Shown: one piece after another, positions 7,338-18,560 of the stretch
Position numbering within the stretch: position 1 is the stretch's first letter
Layout of the letters: each line of letters begins with the position of its first letter
NCBI GenBank assembly: GCA_002448795.1
Contig: DKAH01000017.1
Location: 54,270 to 118,269 of the forward strand
Length of the DNA: 64,000 nucleotides
DNA from: Fidelibacterota bacterium UBA6931
Lineage (GTDB): Bacteria > Fidelibacterota > Marinisomatia > Marinisomatales > S15-B10
Reading direction: 5' to 3'
Made by a program: the position numbers and the translations under genes
The notes under the pieces: generated by a model
The model's input: the letters and a program-made list of their open reading frames with translations, nothing else
Database searches by the model: none
What the model was told of the DNA's origin: nothing

Positions 7338-7850
7338 TCAATCGGAATGGGAGAGAGGGGACCTCTCATGTTTGAGGAGCCACTTTTTCATCGGCAATCC
7401 ACCGCCGAAGCCACCAAGGGTGCCGTCGTGAGCGATAACACGGTGGCACGGTATAACAATTGGAACGGGGTTTCTACCGTTGGCACTTCCCACTGCCCGG
7501 ACCGCCTTGGCATTGTTCATCCGCTCCGCAATCTCTTTGTAAGAAGCTGTCTTTCCGAAAGGAATCTCCGCTACCTTCTTGAGCGCTTTTTCTTGAAACT
7601 GTGTCGTTCTAAGATCAATGGGAAAAGTGAAATTCTCACGAACACCGTCAAAGTATTCCCGAAGCTCGTTCAGTTCATCTTGAAGGGCGTTGCTGTTTTC
7701 GACCATCTCTTCTTTGGGGAAGATATCCAAAATCCACTGGAAAAAAGTGCTATCGTTTTCAGACTGCAGACTGATCTTACATACGCCCAGGGATGTCTTG
7801 GCAATGAGAAGTTTTCCGATGGGGGTATCTAGAGAGGCGTAAGTGATCAC
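7338..7850 (-). CDS. ogt: Methylated-DNA--protein-cysteine methyltransferase
   Basis: IPCHRVI active-site motif; about 170 aa. Confidence 0.85.
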   Translation of the reverse strand: MITYASLDTPIGKLLIAKTSLGVCKISLQSENDSTFFQWILDIFPKEEMVENSNALQDELNELREYFDGVRENFTFPIDLRTTQFQEKALKKVAEIPFGKTASYKEIAERMNNAKAVRAVGSANGRNPVPIVIPCHRVIAHDGTLGGFGGGLPMKKWLLKHERSPLSHSD

Positions 7851-9994
7851 GCCCGGAGGTCTTCCGGCCGTATGGGGAGCTTTCGAATACGCTTACCGGT
7901 CGCGTCGAAGATGGCGTTTGCCACTGAAGGGGCGACGGGGGGGAGTCCCGGCTCACCAGCACCGCTGGGTGGTTCATCACTCGCGACAATATGAATCTCC
8001 ATCTCTGGTGATTCATCGATTCGTAGCAATTCAAAATCGTGGAAATTTGACTGTTCCACGGCACCTTTCTTAATAGTAATCTCACCCTTGAGTGTGGAGG
8101 TGAGGCCGTAGACGATGCCGCTTTCCATCTGCATTCTGATGCCGTCCGGGTGGACTGGAAGGCCGCAGTCGATTGCGCCCACAATTCTATCCACGGTGAA
8201 AGAACCGTCACTCTTTACTGTAACTTCAGCGACGTGGGCGGCCCAGGAGCCGAATGATTCATGAACAGCGATTCCTCGTCCCCGGCCTTTTCCAAGTTTT
8301 GTACCCCAGCCCGATTTCTCGGCGGCAACATTCAGGACACCGAGATGGCGAGGTGAATTCTTGAGTAATTTAACTCGAAAGTGGTAGGGGTCTTCGTCAG
8401 CTAGATGGGCCAGCTCATCCACAAAGCCTTCGTTGGCAAAGCCGTTCTGGGAGTTGTATACCGCGCGCCACCACCCCACAGGCACCTTAGTGTTCGTCAT
8501 TATATAGTCTATATGAAGATTAGGAATTTCATAAGGTAGGTTCCTAGCACCACTGACGGCGCTTTTGTCTAACTCTCCTTTTGTGAATTTTTGCGGGCTG
8601 CGTTGAGCTGAAATAGACGGTGCGATGATTCGATGAGACCAGCTTTTCGCTTGATTCTTTTTTGTCAAGGCTGCGGAAAGTTTGTGAATACTCGTAGGAC
8701 GAAAAAAATCATGCGCCATATCTTCTTCTCGCGTCCACAGCATTTTCACAGGCTTGCCTATTTTCTGAGAAATCTCCAATGCATCAGTAACGTAATCAGC
8801 AAATAACCTCCTCCCAAAACCGCCTCCAAGGAGGGTGACATGTACTTTCACTTGCTCTAGAGGGATACCGAGATGCTCAGCTGCTTTAGTCTGGACACGC
8901 TGAGGAACCTGCGTAGGAACCCAAATTTCGCATTTGCCATTACCGACATGCGCCACACAGTTCATCGGCTCCATCGTTGCATGATGGGTAAAAGGCACTT
9001 CATACTGCACCTCAAAAACAGAGGCCGCTTTCTTGTGAGCTGTTGTAACGTCGCCCTCTTTGCGGGCTATAACAGCTTTGCCACTGCCGCCCTTCTTTTC
9101 CATGAATGATTTGATCCGGTTACTATCCCAATTTGCGAAATCACCGTGATCCCATTCAATGTCCAATGCACGTTGTCCCTGGATTACTGACCAGGTGTTA
9201 TTTCCTACGATAGCGACACCTTCTTCTATGGCAAAAATATCGGTGACTCCAGGGATACCCTTAGCTGAATTAGAATTGAAAGATTTTGCCTTTCCTCCAA
9301 ATGTGGGACAGTGGATAACTGTGGCGTAGAGCATGTCCGGAATTCGAATATCGATTCCGAACTGTGCTTTGCCATTCGCCCTGGAGGGGGTATCCTTTCC
9401 AGGCATAGATTTTCCTATAAAATTGAAGTCTTCAGGATCTTTTAGTTTTGGATTGGTCGAAAGTGAATAACTTGAAGCCATTTCAGCTAATTCTCCAAAA
9501 GTAAACTGACGCTTAGTCGGGAGATGAATAATTTTACCTTTTGTAGCTATACATTCCTCAATAGTAACCCCCCATTTTTTTGCTCCCGCTTTTATCAATA
9601 CTTCTTTAGCCGCGGCGCCAGTTTTTCTTAAAATAGTAAATGATTCTCTGATCGAACCACTGCCTCCGGTACCTTGATTTCCATATTTTTGTTCATTAGC
9701 ATCTGCTTGAAGTACGGTTATTTGGCTCCAATCAGCTTCGAGCTCGTCTCCTAGTATCATTGGAAGAGAGGTTCTAACATGCTGGCCCATCTCAGACTTT
9801 GCTACTGTAATGACAACGCTATTGTCAGGGTGAATGGCGAGAAACGCGTTTGGTTCGAACGGCTGGGAAGGTGCAAGCCCTGCTGCCACGAGGCGTTCTT
9901 TCGCCGGTAGGAATACGCCAATCATCAACCCGACTCCGGCAGTTGAAGAAACCTTCAGAAAATCACGGCGGCTAACGGAAGATTCAGGCATCAT
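7847..9994 (-). CDS. Molybdopterin-binding subunit of an aldehyde oxidase/xanthine dehydrogenase-family oxidoreductase (IorB-like)
   Basis: Tat signal [10 protein letters not shown]. The length and conserved blocks are typical of the IorB/aldehyde dehydrogenase large subunit. It is coupled to the 2Fe-2S subunit gene upstream. Confidence 0.8.
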   Translation of the reverse strand: MMPESSVSRRDFLKVSSTAGVGLMIGVFLPAKERLVAAGLAPSQPFEPNAFLAIHPDNSVVITVAKSEMGQHVRTSLPMILGDELEADWSQITVLQADANEQKYGNQGTGGSGSIRESFTILRKTGAAAKEVLIKAGAKKWGVTIEECIATKGKIIHLPTKRQFTFGELAEMASSYSLSTNPKLKDPEDFNFIGKSMPGKDTPSRANGKAQFGIDIRIPDMLYATVIHCPTFGGKAKSFNSNSAKGIPGVTDIFAIEEGVAIVGNNTWSVIQGQRALDIEWDHGDFANWDSNRIKSFMEKKGGSGKAVIARKEGDVTTAHKKAASVFEVQYEVPFTHHATMEPMNCVAHVGNGKCEIWVPTQVPQRVQTKAAEHLGIPLEQVKVHVTLLGGGFGRRLFADYVTDALEISQKIGKPVKMLWTREEDMAHDFFRPTSIHKLSAALTKKNQAKSWSHRIIAPSISAQRSPQKFTKGELDKSAVSGARNLPYEIPNLHIDYIMTNTKVPVGWWRAVYNSQNGFANEGFVDELAHLADEDPYHFRVKLLKNSPRHLGVLNVAAEKSGWGTKLGKGRGRGIAVHESFGSWAAHVAEVTVKSDGSFTVDRIVGAIDCGLPVHPDGIRMQMESGIVYGLTSTLKGEITIKKGAVEQSNFHDFELLRIDESPEMEIHIVASDEPPSGAGEPGLPPVAPSVANAIFDATGKRIRKLPIRPEDLRA

Positions 9995-10449
9995 ATTTCC
10001 TTTGCTGCTCTATGGATCGCCTTCCGAATCCGCTGGTAGGTGCCACAGCGGCAAAGGTTCATCTTCATGGCGGTGTTAATATCCTCGTCCGAGGGGTCGG
10101 AATTTTTTTCCAACAGTGCCGCTGCTGTCATAATCTGACCAGACTGACAGTAGCCGCACTGGGGGACCTCTTCGGCAATCCACGCTTGCTGAAGAGGGTG
10201 AGAAAGATCAGTGGAGAGACCTTCGATGGTAGTAATCTCCGAGCCGTCGACGTATTCCACTGACGTCATGCATGCCCGTGTCGGTTCGCCATCAAGGTGA
10301 ATTGTACAGGTACCGCAAAGCCCACGGCCGCATCCAAACTTGGTTCCGGTGAGTCCCAACTCATCCCTGAGCACCCAGAGCAATGGCATATCTTCAGCAA
10401 CATTGACGTTCTGCTTCTTGCCATTGATTGTTATTGAGTACCGCGCCAT
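9991..10449 (-). CDS. (2Fe-2S)-binding small subunit (IorA-like)
   Basis: [10 protein letters not shown] and CGYCQSG...CRCGTY cluster motifs. Confidence 0.9.
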   Translation of the reverse strand: MARYSITINGKKQNVNVAEDMPLLWVLRDELGLTGTKFGCGRGLCGTCTIHLDGEPTRACMTSVEYVDGSEITTIEGLSTDLSHPLQQAWIAEEVPQCGYCQSGQIMTAAALLEKNSDPSDEDINTAMKMNLCRCGTYQRIRKAIHRAAKEI

Positions 10450-10509
10450 GAAAGTTCTTGAATCTAAGTCTCCACTGCATCTTTATCAAGGTATCGGTAA
10501 GACTAATTG

Positions 10510-11397
10510 CTAAATCCTCTCCCGACCCGGGGCCTGTCTAGAGTGAATGAGATAAACACTAAAAAGCACCAACATCCCGCCGCCGAACAGTTCAACACCG
10601 TAAGTTTCTCCGAGAAAAATCCACCCAACTGTCGCCGCAATAACAGGCGGCAAGAGACCAAATGTCGAAATTTGGTTTACTGAAAGGTGATTGTAAAGCC
10701 AGAAGTAGATCGTCCATGTAATCACCGTACCGAAAACCGCAAGGTAAGCGAGAGCCAGTATGCTCGTGCTGTTCCAAACAGTGGCAGACGGTTCTTCCAG
10801 CATATAAGCCAGGGGTATAAGCACGATCGCGGCGATGGACTGAGCTATCACATTAACATGGAGAGGATCGACCTCCTTCTGGTGTTTCTTAAGATAAATA
10901 TTGGGTCCAGAAGCCAGCATCACCGCGGCGAGGATTGCCAAGACTCCAACAAAATGAGTCTCGCCTGCTCCGCTCTGGAACGCTACAATCAGCGATACAC
11001 CGGAAAGCCCCAGAAGGCCTCCAGTGAATCTTCGGAGTGTGAGCGGTTCGGACGGGAGCTTAAAGTGGGCTGTAATGGAGACAAAGATGGGAAGTGTTGC
11101 CCATATGATAGCCGCGAGGCTTGAGTATATATACTGTGCGCCCCAATAAGTGAGGGAGTAGGCTGACACAAAACTGAGCAGAGAAAAACTTAGGTAAACC
11201 TTCAGCGCGGTGGATGAATAGCTGATTCTTGGCTTCTTTAAGAGGAGCAGTGGCCACAGGATAATGGCAGAAAAGGTAAATCTTAGACCCAGCCCGAATA
11301 TGGGTGGAATGTATTCGAGGCTGATCTTGAGCGCCAGCCAGGTTGAGCCCCAGATAAAGTTTAGGATAATGTAAAGAATAAAGACTTTCGGTGTCAC
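10510..11397 (-). CDS. EamA/DMT family transporter
   Basis: About 10 TM segments in a duplicated EamA pattern; GTG start. Confidence 0.75.
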   Translation of the reverse strand: MTPKVFILYIILNFIWGSTWLALKISLEYIPPIFGLGLRFTFSAIILWPLLLLKKPRISYSSTALKVYLSFSLLSFVSAYSLTYWGAQYIYSSLAAIIWATLPIFVSITAHFKLPSEPLTLRRFTGGLLGLSGVSLIVAFQSGAGETHFVGVLAILAAVMLASGPNIYLKKHQKEVDPLHVNVIAQSIAAIVLIPLAYMLEEPSATVWNSTSILALAYLAVFGTVITWTIYFWLYNHLSVNQISTFGLLPPVIAATVGWIFLGETYGVELFGGGMLVLFSVYLIHSRQAPGRERI

Positions 11398-11446
11398 GAC
11401 TTAGACCGGAAAGATCGTATGTTGAAGGTAAGCTGGTGGTTCGGCA

Positions 11447-12337
11447 CTAAGCGGAGGAACGCTGCTGCCACAGCACCACCACAGGACTCGCCACGTAGAT
11501 AGACGAATATGTACCGACAAGGACGCCCACAATCATGGCGAAGGAAAAATAGCGGATAACTTCGCCTCCGGCAATGTATAGAACAAAAACAACCGCAAAA
11601 GTTGTGAGCGATGTAATAATCGTCCTTGAGAGAGATTCATTGATACTCGTGTTAAAGATGGAGAAATGATCCTGGTTTTTCAATCGTTTCATATTTTCTC
11701 GCACCCTGTCAAAGACGACAATTGTGTCGTTGAGGGAATAACCGACGATGGTGAGAAATGCAGCAATAATCGCAAGCGAAATTTCGTAGTTGAGAATAGA
11801 GAATATGCCTAGTGTAATGAGTACATCATGAACAAGGGCGGCAATGGCGCCAATGGCAAACTTGAATTCGAACCGTATTGAGATATAGATCAGAATTCCG
11901 ATTATTGCCGTAATAATTGCGAAGAGAGCTTTTCCTTTCAGTTCAGAGCCTATCTTCGGTCCAACATTCTCCATGCGCCTGAAGTCAAGGTTCTGTCCGG
12001 GGAACTGATCTTGAAGCGCCTTTTTCAGTTCTAAGGCCATTTCACCAACTCCCGGGCTCAACTGAAGCCGAATTAGAATTTCGTTGGGGGCGCCGAATGT
12101 CTGAACCTCACCAACCCCGACATCGAGAGTCTCCAGAGCGCTCCTTACTCTGGAGATATCCGGTGGCTCTTCAAACTGAACCTGTGCAAGTGTCCCACCC
12201 GTAAAGTCTATGCTCAGTACAGGGCCACCGTTAAGTACGAGTGATACGAGTCCCGCAAGGATAAAGGAACCGGAAATGATAAATCCGAACTTTCGCATGC
12301 TTAGGAAATCGATGTTTGTCTGCTTTATAAATCTCAT
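11447..12337 (-). CDS. secF: Protein translocase subunit SecF
   Basis: Typical N-terminus IDFLSMRKFGFIISG and six TM segments. It overlaps secD by 4 nt. Confidence 0.9.
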   Translation of the reverse strand: MRFIKQTNIDFLSMRKFGFIISGSFILAGLVSLVLNGGPVLSIDFTGGTLAQVQFEEPPDISRVRSALETLDVGVGEVQTFGAPNEILIRLQLSPGVGEMALELKKALQDQFPGQNLDFRRMENVGPKIGSELKGKALFAIITAIIGILIYISIRFEFKFAIGAIAALVHDVLITLGIFSILNYEISLAIIAAFLTIVGYSLNDTIVVFDRVRENMKRLKNQDHFSIFNTSINESLSRTIITSLTTFAVVFVLYIAGGEVIRYFSFAMIVGVLVGTYSSIYVASPVVVLWQQRSSA

Positions 12338-14226
12338 ATACTCAAGACTTTCAGTTCGCGTTTTGCGGTAAACACATTGAAGATAGTGCGCGTGGTGAAA
12401 ATGGCTGTGAACATACTGGTCAAGATGCCCCAGAAGAGAACGACGGCAAATCCACGGATCGGTCCCGTGCCGAACTGCATCAGAACGAGTGCCGCCAGAA
12501 TGGTCGTAACATTGGCATCAATTATAGTGGTGATGGCTCGGGCATATCCGCTGTCAATGGCGGACCGGGGTGTTTTCCCTTTAGCCAATTCTTCCCTAAT
12601 TCGTTCGAAAATTATCACATTGGCGTCCACGGCCATGCCTACGGTAAGGATTAGTCCGGCAATGCCCGGAAGAGTGAGAGCAGCCTTGAAAGCGGCGAGA
12701 ACAGCAAGGACAAGAATAAGATTCCACATCAGTGCGAAAGAGGCGATGAATCCTGCACCCTTGTAGTAGAAGGCCATGAAAGCAAGGACAAGCAGAAGGC
12801 CTGTAATTATGGATCTCGTTCCTTGATCGATTGAATCCTGACCTAATGAAGGGCCGACTGTTCGTTCTTCAATAATATCTACTGGGGCTGGGAGGGCGCC
12901 CGCTCTCAAAACGATAGCGATATCTTTAGCTTCATTCATGTTGGCGAACCCTTCCACCTGCGTCTGTCCATCCGAAATCTTTGTCCGTATTACCGGCGCC
13001 ATGTGAACTTTCCCATCGAGAAGAATTGCGAGCCGCCGCCCGACGTTGGCGCCCGTAAGGCGAGACCATGTTTTGGCTCCTTCAGAGTTCATGCCCAATG
13101 TGACGATTGGTTGACCGTTGTAGAGTGTTGCCTGCGCTTCTTCGATAACACCACCCGTTAGACCGGCATCAGATTCAAGGTGGTACATACGGTAAAAAGA
13201 CTCATTGCCTCCTTCCGGAAGTGTCCATGTCTCAATCTCTTTAGTTAGGGATAAACGTCCCTCGCCAGCGTCAAGGAAATTTTGAACTTCCTCTTTTTCA
13301 ATAATTCTATTCACCGCCCTCAGATTCTGCTCCGGGACGCCGAGGTCGTCTCCAATCTGACGGAGCAGCGAAGAAAAGGGCCGTTGCTCAAAAAGATCCC
13401 TGTCAACAAGAACTTCAGAGGTATCCTCGGAAACAGTGTCTTCCTCTGTCGTCCCAAACAGTTCTGTGAGTGACACCTCTTGCTCGTCCGCGATGCGGGC
13501 TTCCGTCTCTTCCTTTGCGGGTGTTTTTTCAGACTCCAGCAGTTCTTCCAGTTCGTCACTACCTTTCAGAACTCTGTCGATTCGTGTCAGGAGGTTTTGC
13601 GTTACTGCTCCATCCTTCAGGAGAGCGAATTCCAGAAGGGCGGTGCTTTGAAGAAGGGACCTTGCACGGTCGGGGTCCTGGATTCCTGCTAATTCCACAA
13701 TCACGCGGCGGTTCCCCTGTTTTTGAATTGTAGGTTCTGAAACACCGAATTCGTCCACCCTGTTCTGGAAGATTTCCAGTGCCCTGTTGATGGCGTCAGT
13801 CGCTTCATCTTCAAGAGCAGTCTGAATAGCCATTGGGTCGTTGCCGTAATCCATGAAATATCTGGAGAGCCGTAGCTTCTGTGTCTGCGCCTCGGCCATA
13901 AATCGCTCGATAAAGTTCTCCGTCGAAATTTGATCTTCAGCTTTTACTTTTTCAAACACACTGTAAAAACGATCATTCCGGTTCGAAGCGAGATTTTCGA
14001 CCAGTGTTGGGATATCGACCTCCAGCACAATGTGCATACCACCCTGAAGATCGAGTCCTTGTCGAATGCTCCTCTTTTCAAGCTCCTCCAAGGTGCCTGC
14101 CTCGTTCATGGCCGCCTTCTCATCGGCCGAGAGTGAGTTGAATTTAAAGGTGGGAAAGAGGGCGTAAAGCGCCAACATCAGTACAACACCGATAACGATT
14201 AATCTGGGCGTATTATTCTTAAACAT
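12334..14226 (-). CDS. secD: Protein translocase subunit SecD
   Basis: Large periplasmic domain plus a conserved C-terminal TM bundle (GLDLQGG, IAGLILTVGMAVDANVIIFERIREE). Confidence 0.9.
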   Translation of the reverse strand: MFKNNTPRLIVIGVVLMLALYALFPTFKFNSLSADEKAAMNEAGTLEELEKRSIRQGLDLQGGMHIVLEVDIPTLVENLASNRNDRFYSVFEKVKAEDQISTENFIERFMAEAQTQKLRLSRYFMDYGNDPMAIQTALEDEATDAINRALEIFQNRVDEFGVSEPTIQKQGNRRVIVELAGIQDPDRARSLLQSTALLEFALLKDGAVTQNLLTRIDRVLKGSDELEELLESEKTPAKEETEARIADEQEVSLTELFGTTEEDTVSEDTSEVLVDRDLFEQRPFSSLLRQIGDDLGVPEQNLRAVNRIIEKEEVQNFLDAGEGRLSLTKEIETWTLPEGGNESFYRMYHLESDAGLTGGVIEEAQATLYNGQPIVTLGMNSEGAKTWSRLTGANVGRRLAILLDGKVHMAPVIRTKISDGQTQVEGFANMNEAKDIAIVLRAGALPAPVDIIEERTVGPSLGQDSIDQGTRSIITGLLLVLAFMAFYYKGAGFIASFALMWNLILVLAVLAAFKAALTLPGIAGLILTVGMAVDANVIIFERIREELAKGKTPRSAIDSGYARAITTIIDANVTTILAALVLMQFGTGPIRGFAVVLFWGILTSMFTAIFTTRTIFNVFTAKRELKVLSI

Positions 14227-14340
14227 TTTGTGGCGTCTCCGGAATATTTTGTCTGCCGGAAAAGCTGGCGAATTTAGCTTGAGCCTCTATCGACACCAAC
14301 GGCTTTTTGATTCTGGTTGCCAGCGGTACAATCTAATACC

Positions 14341-16662
14341 CTATTGTCTTGCGTGAAGAGAGAGGACAAGATTTCTGCCTGGCCCGTTCATGCCTGAACC
14401 GTGCTCGCGGTAATTGCGGTCGAGCATATTCTGAAGAGAAAGTTGCAGAATAACACTTTTGCCGATTGTAACGCCCCCTCGGACATTGACGGTAAACCAT
14501 CCGGGAGTCCCACCGGCAGGTATCCGGGGATCGTCGAGATCATCGGAAGACAATCTTTCCTGTCGTGAAGCGAAGCGAACAAAACCATCAACAAAGAGCC
14601 CCCCTCTGTTCCACCGTATGCCCGCGAGTCCGAATAGAGGAGGGATACCGCCCACCGGCTCGTTCAGTGTAATGTTCTCACCGGTGGTAGAAGTAAGATT
14701 AGCACGGAATGTCAGAGGGTCCGTCAGTGAATAGTCTAAGGCGAATTCCGCGCCACGGATTACCGCCTCACCGAAGTTCCGTTTCGTCTTAACCTTGAAT
14801 ACATCGCCATTGATCACCACCGTATCGGTGCCGGCGTATATGGCGTCATAACTGGTGAGGATATCGGTGATGTCGGACCGGTAGAGTGTTGCGCTTAGTC
14901 TGAGGTTCTGTGAAGAAACCTTAAGTCCAAGATCTGTGTTGAGCAGTTGCTCTGGTTTCAATCGACTGTTGGGAACTTCATAGATATCTCCCTTGGACTC
15001 TCCCAGCTTCGCCATATCGCTCAGGTTCGGTGCCCGGAAGGCCTGAGCAACATTGAGGTTGAGAGAAAGGAACCGAGACAGCTTGAAGACGGCGCCGACC
15101 GCTCCTGTTCCGGCGGTAAATGTTTGGGAAAATGGGGAAACTGTGCCTTCAATGTCCGTTAAATTAAATTCAGTTGAGTAGCTGCTGTATCGAAATCCGA
15201 TTTTTGTCAGGAGTCGATTATTTATTCTTAACTCATCCTGCAAGTAGATTCCGATGCTCTGGTATGATGCACCGTCGGGATAACGTCCTCGGAGGTCGCG
15301 ATCTTCATCACCCGACTGAGCATCGACAAAATGTCGTTTGCTTGAGACACGGTCCCGATACACTTCTCCGCCAGCGACCAGAAGGTGACGGCCCAGTTCC
15401 TTAACACCGCTCAAGCTCACCCCCTGCGAGTTTACATGGTCCAGTTCCTTCTTAAAGGAAGACGTCTCTTCCTTCTGACTTTCGCGTCCTTCCCGCTGAA
15501 TGTGGAGCGAGATATTGGTTCTCAGAGCATCAAACAGTTTTAACCCTCCGGTCTTCTCATAAATAGCATAAGTGAGAGCCCGTTTCTGGGGATGGTAAAC
15601 CCAGCGGTGATAGCCGCTGTAGTGATATTTATCGTATCGGGGAACGTTTGTCTGACTGCTGGACTGATGTGCGACCGTGACCTTCTGTTCCTTGCTAAGC
15701 TGAGAAGTCAACTTTACATCAATATCGATGGCGTCAAACCCGCTAGGCGACTGCACCAGATCATGCCCGGAGATCTCCGGATCGTCCCCGTTGCTTCCGC
15801 GCCGAAGGTGGCCGAATTGCTTCAGGCTAAAGGCACTGCTGAGGAGCAGTCGGTTATTCCCGGTGGTTGCTTCGCCTCTCACCGTCTTTTCCTGATCGGC
15901 CGTGGCGTAACGAAGAAACGATTTCAAATCGAAAGTCTTGTCTTGATTAATTCGCCTCGGTTTTTTAGTGATCAGATTGATGGTACCGCCAAGGGCGTCA
16001 CTGCCGTAAAGCACGGACGTAGGGCCGCGGACGACCTCCATCCGTTCGATCATTTGATTATCTACCGTTGTTAGGTATTGATGATTTCCCAATCGGTATA
16101 CGGAATTGTTCAGCCGAATCCCATCCACCAGAAGTAAGATCTGGTTGGAACTCAGGCCGCGAATGATGGCGGAACCTCCACCGTGATTTGTTTTTTGAAT
16201 AAAAACCCCCGGTTCCTCATGGAGAGCTTCCGCTGATGTTTTTGAGTTTCGCTCCCTGATTTCTCGAAAAGAGACGAGGCTAACCGACTCGGGGACATCC
16301 ACCACATCACGCTCCGCACGGCTTGCAGTCACCACCACATCTTCGAGGTCTAGAACATCATACTGAAGAATCACGGGAGGGAGAAAGACATTTTTCTCTG
16401 AAAGTGTGACTTCCTGAACTAAGTGAAAGAAACCGATATGCTGGAACAAAAGAGTGTAACTGCCCGGTAAGACATTTTCGAAATTGAAAGCTCCATCGCT
16501 ATCGGTGTAGAGGGTAAAGAATCCCGGTGTTAGAGTAATGTGGACTTCAGAGATTGGTTCGCCCTGAGGGTCCGCCACGGAACCGGCGATCGTATAATTC
16601 TGACCCATAGTAGCCAATGGAAAAAAGTTGAGCAGAATGGGTAGACACCGCATTGTAAGCAT
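14341..16662 (-). CDS. TonB-dependent receptor with an N-terminal carboxypeptidase-regulatory-like domain
   Basis: CarboxypepD_reg (GSVADPQGEPISEVHITL), a plug (IIRGLSSNQILLLVDGIRLNN...VVRGPTSVLYGSDALGGTINL) and a barrel. Confidence 0.85.
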   Translation of the reverse strand: MLTMRCLPILLNFFPLATMGQNYTIAGSVADPQGEPISEVHITLTPGFFTLYTDSDGAFNFENVLPGSYTLLFQHIGFFHLVQEVTLSEKNVFLPPVILQYDVLDLEDVVVTASRAERDVVDVPESVSLVSFREIRERNSKTSAEALHEEPGVFIQKTNHGGGSAIIRGLSSNQILLLVDGIRLNNSVYRLGNHQYLTTVDNQMIERMEVVRGPTSVLYGSDALGGTINLITKKPRRINQDKTFDLKSFLRYATADQEKTVRGEATTGNNRLLLSSAFSLKQFGHLRRGSNGDDPEISGHDLVQSPSGFDAIDIDVKLTSQLSKEQKVTVAHQSSSQTNVPRYDKYHYSGYHRWVYHPQKRALTYAIYEKTGGLKLFDALRTNISLHIQREGRESQKEETSSFKKELDHVNSQGVSLSGVKELGRHLLVAGGEVYRDRVSSKRHFVDAQSGDEDRDLRGRYPDGASYQSIGIYLQDELRINNRLLTKIGFRYSSYSTEFNLTDIEGTVSPFSQTFTAGTGAVGAVFKLSRFLSLNLNVAQAFRAPNLSDMAKLGESKGDIYEVPNSRLKPEQLLNTDLGLKVSSQNLRLSATLYRSDITDILTSYDAIYAGTDTVVINGDVFKVKTKRNFGEAVIRGAEFALDYSLTDPLTFRANLTSTTGENITLNEPVGGIPPLFGLAGIRWNRGGLFVDGFVRFASRQERLSSDDLDDPRIPAGGTPGWFTVNVRGGVTIGKSVILQLSLQNMLDRNYREHGSGMNGPGRNLVLSLHARQ

Positions 16663-16737
16663 CCATTAATTTACGACAATACCAAAGGTACGGTAGGTCA
16701 GAAAATGGACGTGGTCGCTGTGGCTACTCAGTTTTCC

Positions 16738-17898
16738 TTAGTCCCGAAGAGACTTCTTGAACCGCTCGCCGAGGCCTGTCAGCCTATCCACAGGTTCATT
16801 GGAAAAGACGATACGAACAAATCGTTTGGTGTTTTTACTCCCCCAGTTAATCATGGAGGTAGCGGCGATCTTTCCCTTATCCAAAAGACGTTTGGAAGCA
16901 GTTGGGCCGTCCATGCCGAGGGACGAGACATCCACAAGGAAAGACCACCCTCCGTCTGGCGGAATGACATTGAACTCTTTCAACTCCTCCAAGGCAGTAT
17001 CCCGCCGGCGTTTCCATTCCGCTACTGCTTGCTCGATACCGTCATGGGAATCTTCGATAGCCACAGCTGCGGCGCCCATGGCAATGCCCGTCTGACACAC
17101 CACATTGCTAATACTTACCCGCATCACATCGGCTATGATCTCCGCCGGTCCCACAGCCCACCCCACACGCCAGCCGATCATTCGGTATTCCTTGGTCACC
17201 GCCCCGCATGTGATCACCTTTTCTCGCATTTCCGGGAATGAGGCGGGATGGATTACCGGCCCTCCGTTATATAGTATTCGTTCCATGGCAGTGTCATCAA
17301 TGAGCCAGCAGTCTGCCTCTTTGCAGAAGTCGGTCAACGCTTCCCATTCCCCTTTGGTGAAGACACATCCCGTTGGCATGCCCGGACTCATGAGCATCGC
17401 CGCCGCTACAGGCTCAGGATCGATTTCTTTCAGCGCATCCGTATCCAGGCGCCAACCTTCAGATGACGGTATGAGCGGTACAAACCTTGGCACTCCGCCG
17501 GCAAGATGGACTCTGTTGATCAACCCCACGTAAATGGGATCGGTGAGCAGTACCTCATCGCCGGGTTCTAGTGTGGCCAGAAGTACATTGAGTATTCCCG
17601 ACATGCCACCGGCCCCGATGACGCACTCTCTTTCCCAGTCGTACTTCTGCCCGGACTGACGCTCTACAAGAGCTGTAGCTGCCTTCCTAAGTGGATTAAG
17701 ACCGAAAAAGGGGAGATAGCTGTTGGCATCGTCGTTATCAACAGCCCGCTTGGTAAAATCAATGGCGGATTGTGGCGGGCGGACATCGGTGTCGAGATTC
17801 TCAAGACGCAATACTTCGGGATCCGAAAGCTTATCGGCGAGGTCGCCCATCACCTCTACGCCGATCTTGGTGATATGTTTTAAACGTGATACCGACAT
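16738..17898 (-). CDS. Class I/II PLP-dependent aminotransferase
   Basis: Fold-type I pattern with TKEYRMIGWRVGW (Lys in the PLP position). Confidence 0.8.
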   Translation of the reverse strand: MSVSRLKHITKIGVEVMGDLADKLSDPEVLRLENLDTDVRPPQSAIDFTKRAVDNDDANSYLPFFGLNPLRKAATALVERQSGQKYDWERECVIGAGGMSGILNVLLATLEPGDEVLLTDPIYVGLINRVHLAGGVPRFVPLIPSSEGWRLDTDALKEIDPEPVAAAMLMSPGMPTGCVFTKGEWEALTDFCKEADCWLIDDTAMERILYNGGPVIHPASFPEMREKVITCGAVTKEYRMIGWRVGWAVGPAEIIADVMRVSISNVVCQTGIAMGAAAVAIEDSHDGIEQAVAEWKRRRDTALEELKEFNVIPPDGGWSFLVDVSSLGMDGPTASKRLLDKGKIAATSMINWGSKNTKRFVRIVFSNEPVDRLTGLGERFKKSLRD

Positions 17899-18560
17899 CA
17901 GCCGCTCTGTTCCGGGTAATTCAATTCATAAGCTTTCTTGAACCCGTCACGTTCTTTGAGATCAATAAGGTAGCGACTGCAGTTTTGCGGTACCATTACG
18001 GGGGTTTCGAGGACAAGGTTTAGTGCGAATTGCAGACAGGTCGCCATCAAAATATCTGCAACGGAGAAGGTATCGTTAACCAGATAGACTTTTCCGTCCT
18101 CCAGTTCATCGTCCAGTTTGACAATCTGGGTCTCAAATCCCTCTCTTGCACACTTCGCCGCAACTTCCGATTCACCGTAAACCTTTGCCAGTTTACCGCC
18201 ATGCTTGAACAGTGTGTAGAGCGTATGGGCATCGAGTTCGGTCATTGCGAAAAGGCTCCACTGATAAATCTTTGCTCTGTTCATGGAGTCAACCGTTTCT
18301 TTAGAACTGCCGAGGCCGTACCGTTCCGCCAGATAAAGACAGATGGCAGCGCTTTCACTGAGGGCAGTCTTGCCAATTGTGATAGAAGGTACTTTGCCCG
18401 ATGGGTTGATTTCTTTATACTCATCACTTAACGCAAATTCACTGCGGGGACGAACCTCCTCAGTTCGATATGGGAGAGACAATTCATTCAAGACCCAGTG
18501 GACTCTCAATGTTCTTGTGGTACCGACTCCGTAGACTACAATGTTGTTATCTGTTTCCAT
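17898..18560 (-). CDS. Glutathione S-transferase family protein
   Basis: N-terminal thioredoxin-like GST motif (..NPSGKVPS...LSESAAICLYLAE). Confidence 0.75.
   Translation of the reverse strand: METDNNIVVYGVGTTRTLRVHWVLNELSLPYRTEEVRPRSEFALSDEYKEINPSGKVPSITIGKTALSESAAICLYLAERYGLGSSKETVDSMNRAKIYQWSLFAMTELDAHTLYTLFKHGGKLAKVYGESEVAAKCAREGFETQIVKLDDELEDGKVYLVNDTFSVADILMATCLQFALNLVLETPVMVPQNCSRYLIDLKERDGFKKAYELNYPEQSG

Noticed and set aside
7347-7832. 161-aa + strand ORF antisense to ogt
   Set aside because: It lies entirely inside a well-supported gene with the PCHRV motif and has no motif of its own, so it is a typical antisense shadow ORF.
12377-12766. 129-aa + strand ORF antisense to secD
   Set aside because: This is a shadow ORF inside the conserved SecD TM region, with Arg/Ala-rich composition typical of the reverse frame.
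14341-16662. FRAP-like box (AQAFRAPNLSD) suggesting a haem-specific TonB receptor
   Set aside because: FRAP-like sequences occur in many TonB-dependent receptors. I saw no accompanying NPNL box or conserved His, so no substrate is assigned.
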